Assembly: GCA_002269645.1 (NCBI GenBank)
Contig: NIVC01003531.1
Location: 28,643 to 92,642, forward strand
From: Macrostomum lignano
Taxonomy: Eukaryota
DNA length: 64,000 nucleotides
Direction of reading: 5' to 3'
Under the pieces are notes generated by a model, which searched no databases, was not told the origin of the DNA, and was given only the letters and a program-made list of their open reading frames with translations. How positions within the stretch are numbered: the first letter of the stretch is position 1; each line of letters starts with the position of its first letter. The translations under genes were made by a program, and so were the position numbers. Positions 24,986 to 37,216 of this stretch are shown here, one piece after another.

Positions 24986-26434
24986 TGTAGTGAGTTGCTA
25001 GTTTAGTTAGGCGCTGCACTAGTCAGCTGTTGCCCTCGCCCTCACTCTAGGCTCCTGTCTGCCGCTGGGCAGTTGCCTGTCTCTTCTCGCCTGTCCTCTG
25101 GCCTATCCCTTGCCCATTTGCCTATCTGTCTGTTTGTCCTTGTTTGCCCCCGTTTGCCTCCTGTTCTTGTTTTGCAGTGCCCAGACAGCTTGGTCTGGCC
25201 TGCCTTTGTTTTTTTCTCTGTCTGGCATCTCCAAATTTGGAAGTGCTATTCTGTTTTCTGGTCCCATAGTCACGAGTGCCTTCACTTGTAGGCCTTTTCC
25301 CCTTTGTCATGTGAGCCAGTCACATGACAAGGCCTTCTTCCTTCTTTAGTCCAAAGTGCAATGATTTCATCATTGTACGCTGGGCTCATGTTTATAGGAG
25401 ATCACGTGCGCCTGGACCTCCTTGCCTCCTCTAAGGCAGGACCCGCTTGTTTGTTGCTAAAAATAGCAATAGTCACTCATGACTCTCAGTGGGGGCTGGG
25501 TTTTTTTTCGTCCATAACTTGGGTGCGATTTCGCACCCTGTGCTAGATTTCAGGGTGCGATTTTCAAGACCAGGATGCGCTGCACTGCTGCAAACAAAAA
25601 CTGGTCTAATACTAATAGTAACTGCAGGAGTGTACTATTCAGTATTCAATTCATCAGGTTGTGCTTACCAATACCAAAATCTAATTGATAGTTGACAATT
25701 TCTTTACATTAATTCAAGATTCAAAAAATTACTGGCTAATTCTAAGAATACGAAGTTATGGACTTAAGATGTCCATAACAGTAAAACACTAAATTGTAGT
25801 GGTAAAACCCGCATCACATCCTTGCAAAAATTTGGGTGCGCTTTTCGCACCCTGAGTCAAATTTCAGGGTGCGATTTTTAAGACCAGGATGCTATTCGCA
25901 CCCATTCGCACAAAAAAACCCAGAGTGGGGGTCTTTCGTGCTATGGTGCAATTGATCCTCCCTATAAATGCAGCCCCTCTCATGGCTTGGTTCAGACAAG
26001 CCCATTTTCCCGAGTAACCATTCTCTTCGTCCAGCGAATACTCTAATTTTGTGTGCCAAGTTTGCGTCTAAGTCTGAACTCCCAAGACTCCCGACTTTGC
26101 ATGTGACTGCCTCTGATTGCTCCTGCTATCAATTAGCAGGCCAGCTTGGATCGCCCAAAGCTAGCACTTTTGCTCTCATCCACACCAGCCTAGCAGGGAC
26201 TGCTGACGGTGGGCACCTCTGCGCAAGAACTGCTAAATCTGCACGAAGTGCGAGTCTCTTTCTCTTGTCTTAGTTATTTGCATCTACGAGCTCAGAACCT
26301 CACCGAAGGGTGCAACTCTGCAAAGCTGGTGGCAGCATTACCAATGCTAAAAGATCAACTTGAGGACTTTACAGGAGATCTCAAGATAGGCAGCTCTTGC
26401 GATTGACGGGGAAGTAACCAAAGCAAACACTTCA
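24986..26434 (+). repeat. 5' LTR (contains a MITE insertion)
   Basis: Aligns to the 3' LTR once 25496-25931 is removed. Confidence 0.9.
25496..25923. mobile_element. 428-bp non-autonomous DNA transposon, 8-bp TSD (hAT/P-type)
   Basis: TIR CTGGGTTTTTTT / AAAAAAACCCAG; TSD AGTGGGGG at 25488-95 and 25924-31; absent from the 3' LTR; internal ~60-bp direct repeats with GGGTGCG/CGCACCC motifs. Confidence 0.9.
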
Positions 26435-26811
26435 TTGGTGACTTAGCAGTGGGATTTGACGAGTCAATGACACGACTATCTGGGATTCAAGCGACAAGTC
26501 AAGGATCCAACTTTGAAACACCCAAGACAACCACTCTTTCGAGTAAGAATTCGGCTATTCTACTAATTTGAAATGTTTAACAAGAGAGAAGAGAGCCGGT
26601 GCGCAGCAGCTAGTTGAGTCAGCACGAGCATATTAGCAGTTCAAGGCCTGCAGCAGCAGTCAACGACCTTGGTCAGCAAATGCTGCGGCAAAGTGCGAGA
26701 AGCGAAGTGTCCGAAAACACGCCAGACAAGCTTCTGCCAGGTTTGGACGACCTTGGCTAGAACATCAGGCCCCAGGATATGAGAATGATGATGGTAGCTC
26801 TGCAGTAGCAG

Positions 26812-27736
26812 ATGGAATGGACAGTAAGCAAGTCTGTTAAGATTGTAAAGTACACGCCCAGCCAGGACATCCATGTCTGGCTCGCCACGATCGAGCAACA
26901 CTGCAAGATGGAGCGTATCGAAGACCCGATCGAGATGAAGCAGCACCTCGTTGTGAGTCTAGATCTGGTGACTGCTTACCCGGCTCTGCTCAGTATGCAC
27001 CTCCCATGCTATGCTAGCTACGAGGAGGTCAAGCAGTGATTGATCGAGAGATTCGCCTGCCACGGCAGCGCTGATGAATCGCTCGTATTGAGAGCTGCTG
27101 AGGCGCCATTAGCAAGGTAAGAATGAGTCAGCGGAGGAGTACACTGATGCCCTGCGCACCTTGGGAGAGCAAGTATACCCTTGAATGCACCCTGAGGATC
27201 GAGAGCGGGAGCTGGCTGATCAGTTCCTAGCTGGCATCAGGACAACACCAGATCTGCGCAAGTGGCTTTATTGGGTCCGCCCGAACAATCTGCTGGCTGC
27301 TATTTGAGAACTCCATTGTCTGGAAGGCGCCAAGGAACTGGCGCAGCACTCTGCTCAACCCCCGGTTCGCATGCTGAATGGGGAGCGCGATGGTGACCCA
27401 ACGCCTGACGCCACCGCTTAAGCTCTCCTAGCTCTGATTGATCTGCTAGAGAAACAGTAGCGACTGCTAGACAACTTGGTGCAGCGTGACTAGCAGCAGA
27501 AGACGAGTCTGCCTGCGAAAGCCATGATCTGCTATGGCTGTGGTCAGCCTAGTCATCGCAATGCACAGTGCCTGTTACACCAGAACAAGGGAAACGGTGA
27601 GACGGAGAGCGCCCACGGCAACGCCCTCTGTAGAGCCCAAGCCCCGGCTACTTGGCAGACTCCGAACGCTCACCAGAAGAAGAGGATGTCGGCTGCGCAG
27701 GCGCCAATGCCCAGTCCGACAGTCGCTTATCAGTAA
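26812..27736 (+). pseudogene. gag: gag remnant
   Basis: CCHC knuckle CYGCGQPSHRNAQC; in-frame stops. Confidence 0.75.
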
Positions 27737-27799
27737 GTGAGGCTGAGTGTAGAGGTTTTGTGGATTTGATGATCAAAAAATCCATGCGCGTGAGGCTGA

Positions 27800-30700
27800 T
27801 CCGTACGTCAACGGCCAATTGGCGGGCCGAGAAGTCCCTTTCCTACTAGACAGTGGCAGTCGGAATAGCGGCAGTCGGACCGCGCCTTCTCGCTGTGTCC
27901 CCTCTGGGATAGCCCTGCAGCTAAGTCAAAGGCAGTCGGAAAAACTTTTTTGGAGCATTGACCTGGGCCAATGTTAGATGTAGGATGCCTTGTTGTATTA
28001 TATCGCATGCTATCCCAGATTGCGTGACCATGTACAACGGTATGCAGCTACCCCTTGCTTGTAAGGTGATCATCCCGGTGGAGTTTGGTGATGTCATTGC
28101 GGACACCAAATTCCTGGTCACGGTCACCGATTGTGAAAATTTGCTTGGTATTAATTTCATATGTGAGCACTGCCAGAACTTGGACTTTGCTCAAGGAATG
28201 CTAAAGTTCAACAATGGCATGTGCATTCCCGTTTGCTTTTCGCGCCATGAGCTTCAATCATGCCAGGTATACACCTCCAAGAAGTGCACTTTGCCACCAA
28301 GAAGCTCAGCGCTGTTGGCCGTCCAGTTGGATGTCGGCCACCCTAAGAATCGAGGATCACCATCAATCGTCGAGCTAGTGAAGTCGAGACTGCACCCCAG
28401 TTGCAACACTCTGGAAGCAGCTCCAGCTCTGATGACGATGCCTGAAGGTCGAGGCTACATTGAGGTCATCAACACTGCTGACTGTGAGGTGTTCCTGCAG
28501 TTGGGCATCCGCATTGGTGTTGCGACACCACTCAGAACTGCCGACCTGATTTACCTAGAAGAGACGCCGGAACCTGAAGTGCGACATTTGCCAAGGAACC
28601 CTGAAGACTCCAGCACAGCTTGGCTAGAGGAAGTTGAGATCAACAGCGAACTGTCCGAAGCTCAACGACAGAGAGTGCAAGATCTACTAGTTGAGTGTCA
28701 AGTAGCCTTCTTGAAGCACCTGCTAGACGCTGGCCTGACACACCTGGTGACCCACGAGATCATCCTGAAGGATTGGACACCAGTTGCGCTACCACTGCGC
28801 AGGATCCCGCCTCATCTGAAGGACAAGCTTGATGCCTTGCTAGATGAGATGTTGGCTAAGCACGTCATTCACCCAGCCTATTCTAGCTACAACTTGCCAA
28901 TGCTGATAGTGCCCAAGAAGGATGGCAATATCAGGCTAGTGCATGACTTTAGAGCTCTCAACGACAAGTGCGTGTACCACCAGTACCCACTGCCGCACAT
29001 TCAAGAGACCTTCGCAAAGCTGCGTGGTGCCCAGTGGTACTCTAGCTTGGATCTCGCTCAAGGATTCTGGCAGATCCCGCTGCGCGACTGCGATTAGCAC
29101 CTGATGACGTTCTCTGTGATTGACCACAGACAATTCTGTTTCAATGTTCTACCGATGGGTCTCTACAATAGTCCCGGCAGCTTTTAGCGTTGCATCAATA
29201 AGCTCCTGGATGGCCTGACGCCAAAGACTACGCTGGCTACATGGATGACATCATGGTGCACTTAGTGACCTTTGAGGAGCAGCTAGACAACCTGCAGACT
29301 GTACTCTAGTGGATAATTGCAGCCAACCTCAAGGTCAAGCCGAAGAAGTGCCAAGATTGTGCAGATCCATGATTGGCCCATGCCACAGTCCATTACTCAA
29401 CTGAGACAATTCCTAGGCCTGGCCAATTACTACCACAAGTTTGTCAATGGCTACGCTGGATTTGCTGCGCCGCTGCATGCCCTGACTCGAAAGGACATCG
29501 GCAGCCTGTGGCAGCATTGGACTGATGAGCACCAGGTAGCATTTGACACGTTGAAGAAGAAGTTGTATTTGACTGAAGTTCTCACTCTGCCTGAGTTTAA
29601 CTCAGATCTTGATATGAAGTTTGTCCTAGACACTGATGCCTCAGACATTCGCATAGGCGCTTGTCTTGGATAATGGCAATCTGACAGCATCAAGCGCCCA
29701 ATTGCATTCTTTAGCTGGAAGCTTTGTGATCCTAAGAAGCGCTACATGGTCACGAAGAAAGAGCTGCTTGCAATTGTGGATGCAATGCAACATTTCCGTC
29801 ATTATTTAATCAGCAAGAAGTTTGAAGTTCATTCTGACCATCGGGCCTTGCTGTGGCTGCTAAACCAGACACAGGTCACAGGCATCTTGGGCCGTTGGAT
29901 TGAGCGATTAAGCGAGTTCCGCTTCCAGCTTCACTATCGCAAAGGCAAGGACCACGCCAATGCTGACGCCTTGTCAAGATGCCTAGAGACACCACCGGTT
30001 GACTTTGAACATGGCCAACTGCTGGAGCACCCCGGTTCTGCAGCCCAACCCGGTGATGACACCAGCCTGGAGCCAGACTTGGACACCACACGTGGGGCCA
30101 CTGCGAGAGCAGCCCGCACGAAGAAGGTCTACACTTGCAACAAGGAGGCCAAAACTGCCCTGGCTGAAGACCTAGAGGCCACTGCGCCAGCAGCCCTTCA
30201 GAATGACGACCATCGCTGCAGTCAATGCCTGGAGACTGGTTTGGACAGTAGCCTGGAGGCCACTGATACCTCAGCCCTCCGCAGTGATGCCCACGCTGAC
30301 TGCCATTACTTGGAGATTCGCCCGGACAAAACCTTGGAGGCCACTGCCGATGTAGACCTCCTTGATAATGTCTAAGACTGCGGGTCTCCAAACCTAGAGA
30401 TGCCCATAGACTACAACTCAGAGGCCACTAAACAAGCAGCCCTCCTGATGACAGCCCACAACGCAAATCCAAACCAGCAATATAAGTTCAACTCCCCGGA
30501 GTTTTGCGCTGAGAGTTCTCGCCGTGTTGACAGAGGTCAGACTCTCGCAACGGCTGCAAGGTCAACACTCTGTCCCCCAAGCCGACAGACAGTTGCTTAT
30601 TGCCTGTGCAGAAAGTCGAGTCCCCCTTCGCAACACCGCCTAGTGCTGGAGAAGACTCACCCAATGACGACGATGATCGAGCCGACGGCTACAGCTGCCT

Positions 30701-32320
30701 GCAACGAGGCGTGCTTCACATGTTGCGTCCCACCCTACAGCCAAGAGTCGCCTGGGCTGTGCAGTGGAGGCAAGTGCACTGCTCCAGCTGCAGAAATTCC
30801 TGTCAAGAGAGCAACAATGAGAACTTTGAAACGAGATCAGCAATTACACGCCAACGTGTTAGACAAAGTCCCTCGGAGCGACCTAATCCTGATGCCGACA
30901 AGATGGAGTCGCGTGATCAACTGCGAGCCACAGAAGTGGAGACTGCAGGAGTCATGAACCCTCAGCCATGCTGCGCCGTGCTCACTGATTTTCTGAGGTT
31001 GCCAATGACGCGGCAACAGTTTGTCGACGCGCAGCGCGCCGACCGAGCAATCAGCTACTCGTATGTGCTCAACTTGGTCGAAAACAAAGCCCCAAAGCCG
31101 CCCAGTTGCAGCTGACGAAGGAGTAGCGGAATCTGCTTGGCTATCACAAGAGCCTACGAGAAGACAACGGCCTGCTGCTGATTGATCTGACTGACGGCCA
31201 GCAGTCCCTGAAGGTTGTCCTGCCTGAGTCTCCTGATGCCTAGGTGCTCCGGGAACTCCACAGTTCGCCTCTATGTGGACACCTCAGCTAGACAAAGACG
31301 TTGAAGCGGCTACGTGAACGATTCTAGAGGCCCAGACTAGCCCATGTCACCAAGAACTTTATCAGTAAGTGCCACGCCTGTCTTGAAAGTAAATCTCGAA
31401 GACAAGACCAAGTACCTGTACAGAGCTTCCCTGTGTGCGAAGTCCTAGGAAGAGTACATTGCGACGTAGTAGGCCCTATTGCCCAGAAGAGCAAGAGTGG
31501 GAACCGCTACATCTTGATGCTATGCGACGCGACGTCGAAGTACCCATTTGCCCATCTAATGAGGAACCAAAAAGCCAAGACAGTCATCAAGATCATGCAG
31601 GAGCGCTTGATCCCTGACTTTGGTGTACCATGCTCGATACACACTAATCAAGGAACCAATTTCACTGGCTCAGCTTTCAAGAAGTTTTGCCACCTGTTTG
31701 GCATCCGGCATACAACCACAACGCCGTACAACCCAGCTTCAAATGGGCAAGTCGAGAACCTCAACAAGCAGCTGAAGAGTGTCCTCACCTGCCTCTTCGA
31801 GCGCAACCATAACGACTGGGACACCTTTCTCCCAGCCTGTCTGATGGCTCTCCACTCTAGTGTACACCCAGTGACAGGTTTTACACCTCACTACCTAGTG
31901 TTTGGTCAAGACTTCCGACTTCCAATCGACAATGCGATCAAGAAGCTGCCGGAGTATGCCAATCTGCCTGACTATGTCAAGGACTTCCAGCGCCGTCTAT
32001 CTAGACAAAGTGATTGAGCTAGCTAAAGAATGCCTGCATCTGCATCAGCAACTGCGCGACGAGCACTATTTGAATCTGCCTGCTGCCAAGAAGCTCCAAC
32101 CTGGTGACCTGGTTTTCCTCAACAACCCGGTGCTCGAACCGGATGAAGCGGCAAAGTTCCATCGACCTCGCAAAGCGCTGTACGAGGTAGTCAAACCCAA
32201 GGGCGAGGTCGTCTACAAGATTCGCCGTAGAGTGCCAAATTTGCGGGCTAGGCGCGACGAGCTAGTAGTCCATCGCCGGAATCTGCTACTCGTACCTGAT
32301 GCCAACTACCAGCTGACTTT
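27800..32320 (+). pseudogene. pol: pol remnant (PR, RT, RNase H, integrase)
   Basis: FLLDSG; RLVHDFRALN, LDLAQGFWQI, YMDD; LDTDAS; HCDVVGP, YNPASNGQVE; multiple stops and frameshifts. Confidence 0.9.
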
Positions 32321-33682
32321 GGATCCAGAAGTCGAGAAGGCCAAGAAGCGCCGCAGGTTGACTGATGTCCCGGACGGTGCAGGACCCGCGACCCTGACAC
32401 CAATCCCGGAGGACAATCCCGATGACGATGATGATGATGACGATGATGCATGGCTGGCCTTCCAGTGGCACTTCTGGCCATTGGCGATCCTGGATGTGTG
32501 GCCAGGAGATGGACTGGTCACGACACCAGCGAACCAGGCAAGTGCATTTCGGCGTGAGCCACTGCCGTATGGTGATTGCCATGATGGTAAGCCTGGTTTG
32601 AATGCGTCTGCACCTGCTGCTTCTTTTTCACCTGTCCATGCGTCCCCCTTTCCCGAACCTTTTTCTGCGGTGCAGTCTCCTGCGCCACCTTATTGCACCA
32701 CTTGGTAGAAGCATCTCCCATACTGGTAGATGTAGGTAGGCCAGTTAGGGATCGAAGGCCACCTGAGAGGCTTCTGATTAGCGATCCTAGGGCCAAGATG
32801 TACGTTAGTCCCACCGCCCGCATGCGTGCGCACAAATTAAAACCTTGCAACGCAGAAATGCACAAGCGCCTGCACCAAGCTAGCTCCAGCTCCTTGTCCA
32901 ATGCAAAGCAAGGGAGGCCTAGCTGTAGCCGGCGCCGGCCCAGTACCCCGGTCTTGCCGGAGACCATGGGGATACCGCGGCGCCTGCTGGAGACAATCAA
33001 CCGGCGACTCATGGCCGAAGGCGACAGTTTAGTGAGGCCGATACGCCAGGCTGATTGGCGCCCACGCCGCCGCACGCCGTCACCCGAGCCCCAAAGACGG
33101 AATGAGCGGCCAGTCCAATCATTGGCGCCCAGGCAAAGCCCATCGCCCGCTCGAGAGAACCATGTGGCTCAGCGCCCTACTCATGTTCGCTGACACTCGC
33201 CCGAAGTCATCAACTTCACGGGCAACTCGCCATCGCTAGATGTGGCAATGTGGCAACTCACGGCCAATTGGCTTGCAGCTGCTTTGGCATACATGCAGCT
33301 TGAACAGCAAGTGATGTGAGGCTTGGCGGGTATTCGCCTCCAAGTCCGCAATTCTTTTCCAGATATCGATGGGACTTGGCCTGCGGCCAGTAAGCAAGTC
33401 GGGTGGGAGCACCACAGCGAGCCCGGCGGAACCGGTCAACGCGGAGAGGACCCCGAGGGCCCCAGGCATCTTGATGTGGCCCCGTCCCCAATGTCCTGGG
33501 CTGACGACACTCAGGGAGCCACCGTGTGCGCTGCGAATGTTTGGACCAACCTGGCCACATCACTGCACCGCACCTTGCCGAGAGCCCCGCCTCTATCGCC
33601 AGGATGTCTGGCAGATATGCACTCAAATGGAATCGCCAATCCCGGAATTTTGAGCTACCATCATCTCCGCCGGTGCCAACCT

Positions 33683-33982
33683 CATACATGCGCAACCTCC
33701 AAAATTCGGTTGGCTATGCGACTTAGTTTTAACAAAAATGCGACATAGTTTTTGGCTAAAAATGCAACTTACATGTAAAAAATCCTAAAGCAAAATTAAC
33801 GCAACTTTGGGTAAATGGCAGAAGTAACTATGACTGTCTTCTTATTAAGCCAAAATGCCTCATCAGCTGCTTAGTACTACTACTTGGGTGTTTTTTCGGG
33901 TGGGCATTTTTGCGACTTCCTTGGTTGACTGCCAAATCGATCGGCCAGATCGGCCGACTTGGCCGACTGTTGCACATGTATG
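33683..33982. mobile_element. 300-bp MITE, copy 1
   Basis: TIR CATACATGCGCAAC / GTTGCACATGTATG; perfect 8-bp TSD GCCAACCT (33675-82, 33983-90). Confidence 0.9.
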
Positions 33983-34689
33983 GCCAACCTGTTGGCGGCT
34001 GTGCTTGTCAAGGCGGCTTGGCAAGGCAGAGAAATCGTTGACCTTGGTGGCCCAATCTGGGTGGAGCTCCACCAGACCACGGCCAAGGAGAGGAGTTGGT
34101 TATTCGAGGAGGCAATCGGCCTGGCCAGCCCTGACCTGGAGTGGCCGAACTGGCCATACGCTCTCCATCTGGCGGCCGTCCGCGTTGCCCGATTCATGGG
34201 CAGCAGCAAAGAAGACCTGCCGGTGCTCTTGATGACTCCACGTCTGCATTATTTTGACTGATTGGTGGTCTTACACTGACGTACGCCCTGTTGACAATGA
34301 AGTTGCCTCATTTTGCCGCGCTAATTAAGTGCCCTTATGCAGGAATCTTTGAGCCAGTTGGCTTGTTTTATTCAGGTATCGCCCATGGTAGGCATAGCTG
34401 GGCCCGAGATCTGGAGTATTCAGGGACCCTCCATTATATTTAGGCGCCACTTCTATGGTAGGCCGGCGCCCCCACACAATATTTAGGCGCCATCACTCCT
34501 GTGGGCCGGCGCCCCTGCAGTTACCGGGCAACAATCTTTATGGCCTGCCCAGCCAAGCAGTTTTAAGACTGCATTTTCAGCCTTTTACACTCAAGTTGTT
34601 TCCTTTTTTATTGTCATTAAATCCATGTTTAATTGTTTTAAATAAAGCGCGTGCCGCTTTACTCCACCTCTTTATTTGAACGGGGAGAG

Positions 34690-35690
34690 TGTAGTGAGTC
34701 GCTAGTTTAGTTAGGCGCCGCACTAGTCAGCTGTTGCCCTTGCCCTTGCCCCAGGCTCCTGTCTGCCGCTAGGCAGTTGCCTGTCCCTTCCTGCCTGTCC
34801 TCTGGCCTGTCCCTTGCCCATTTGCCTGTCTGTCTGTTTGTCCTCGTTTGCCCCCATTTGCCTCCTGTTCTCATTTTGCAGTGCCCAGACAGCTTCTGTT
34901 TTGTTCTCTGTCTGGCATCTCCAAATTTGGAAGTGCTATTCTGTTTTCCAGTCCCATGGTCACGAGTGCCTTCACTTATGGGCCTTTTCCCCCTTGTCAT
35001 GTGAGCCAGTCATATGACAAGGCCTTCTTCCTTCTTTAGTCCAAAGTGCAATGATTTCATCACTGTACACTGGGCTTGTGTTTATGGGAGATCACGTGCG
35101 CCTAGACCCCCTTGCCTCCTCTGAGGTAGGACCCGCTTGTTTGTTGCTAAAAATAGCAACAGAGTCACTCATGACTCTCAGCGGGGGTCTTTTGTGCTAT
35201 GGTGCAATTGATCCTCCCTATAAATGCAGCCCCTTTTATGGCTTGGTTCAGGCAAGCCCATTTTCCCGAGTAACCATTCTCTTTGTCCAGCGAATACTCT
35301 AAGTTTGTGTGCCAAGTTTGCATCTGAGTCTGAACTTCCAAGACTCCCGACTTTGCGCGTGACTGTTTCTGATTGCTTCTGCTATCAATTAGCAGGCCAG
35401 CTTGGATTGCCCAAAGCTAGCACTTTCACTCTCACCCGCACTAGCCCGGCAGGGACTGCTAACGGTGGGCACCTCTGCGCGAGAACTGCTAAATCTGCAC
35501 AAAGTGTGAGTCTCTTTCTCTTGTCTTAGTTATTTGCATTTACGAGCTCAGAACCTCACCAAAGGGTGCAACTCTGCGAAGCTGGTGGCAGCATTACCAA
35601 TGCTAAAAGATCAACTTGAGGACTTCCTAGGAGAGCTCAAGGTAGGCAGCTCTCGCGACTAACAGGGAAGTAACCGAAGCAAACACTTCA
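34690..35690 (+). repeat. 3' LTR (1001 bp)
   Basis: TG...CA; homologous to the 5' LTR. Confidence 0.9.
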
Positions 35691-35704
35691 ATGGGCATTG
35701 TTAT

Positions 35705-36001
35705 CATATATGTGCAACCTCCAAAATTCAATTGGCCATGCAACTTAGTTTTAACAAAAAATGTGACATAGTTTTCAGCAAAAAATGCAACTTATATATA
35801 ATAGAAACCCTAAAGCAAAATTAATGCAACTTTGGGTAAATGGCAAGAATAACTATAACAGTCTTATTAAATAAAAATGCCTCATTATCTACTCAGTACT
35901 ACTTGGGTATTTATTTAGGAGGGCATTTTTGTGATTGACCTTGGTTGGCCACATATCAGTCAGCTGGATCGGCCAACTTGGCCAACTATTGCACATATAT
36001 G
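35705..36001. mobile_element. 297-bp MITE, copy 2 of the same family
   Basis: Colinear with 33683-33982; TIR CATATATGTGCAA; TSD ATTGTTAT/ATTTTTAT (1 mismatch). Confidence 0.85.
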
Positions 36002-37216
36002 ATTTTTATCTTAACATAGTCTCTATGTAGCTAGCCCTTATTGTAGCCAAGGTTTAAAATACACTAGATATCCCTTTTCTTATACTAGACTGTTTTAGCA
36101 CAAAGTTCCAGTGGCATATATAGGATTTTCCATTGGGAGCTACTATCAAGTTGCCACAATAAAGGATCTTTTTGGGGCTGCATTAATAAAGACCTTTTTT
36201 GGCTTGTCTTTTTAAGTTTCTTTGAAATATAGAAGCAACAATTTCAAAATTATATAATTGTTATTGTGACAATATGGCAGAAACAAAGATTTATTATCAA
36301 TAAAAAATAATAAAAATAAAATAAATAACAGAAAATATTAATGATCTAAAACTCTATATTCTGTCTCAAAATGACAACTATATTTCTCTTATGCACAATG
36401 ATTCTAGGACTGCTGCTTATTAATTGCAATGTACTATGACATATAATCCTAGATGGAATTCTTGCAGAAAAATCACAATGTGTTATGCGATTGCGCAAAA
36501 AAATGCGATTTTGTGTCAAAAAAATTCAGAAAAAATGCATTGCAGAATTTCAGACAAATTGCTAATTCTTAATATATGCAAAAGTGCGCTTGAGATATTG
36601 GATTTTGCAAAAGATAATCCTACTAGCTAAGATCACGAAGAAAAAAGAATAAAAAGTAAAAACTAAATAAGGCACAAAAGTAAAAATTCAAAAAATTCTA
36701 TAAAAAGTAGAAACTCATAACATTCTCTAACATATGTATTTGGACGAAAATTCAAATCACTACATTTTCTTAGAATGCATTTTTTGTTAATGAGGCTTTT
36801 TATATTACCAATTCTAGAATCAGAATCGGTTTGGATCTTCCAAGAAAAACAGCAGTATAAGTATTTAATTCTGTTGAATGTTTGACTGCCTTAACAACCT
36901 CACTTAGCACAATTTTTCACTTTCTTCTTGGCGATTGTCATTCAATAATAAAAACTTTATAGCACATATCTTCCTCTAGTTATAGAGACAAAAAGTTATA
37001 CTTTACAAATTGGTTCTGGTTCTGGAACTAGAACAAGCAATATGAAAAGGCCCATTGTCTTATTTACCATTTTGCAATGTGCTAAGTACCAAAATAAAAA
37101 ATGCGACCAATAAAAAATATTTTGCGCACCATAAAAAAATCGCATAATTCTATTTGACTTAAGAAATACAAGAATTCCATCCTGGCATATAATATTACTT
37201 TGCTCTTTAACTCTAC

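Larger units (their letters stand above)
24986..35690 (+). mobile_element. degenerate Ty3/Gypsy LTR retrotransposon
   Basis: LTRs TGTAGTG...CACTTCA at 24986-26434 and 34690-35690; 4-bp TSD ATGG (24982-85, 35691-94); PBS TGGTGAC..GTGGGA at 26436; PPT GGGGAGAG before 34690; PR-RT-RH-IN order. Confidence 0.95.

Noticed and set aside
32518-34209. Antisense or env-like ORFs in the Gypsy 3' region
   Set aside because: Minus-strand frames are short and motif-free; the plus-strand reconstruction is more coherent; no signal peptide or TM anchor
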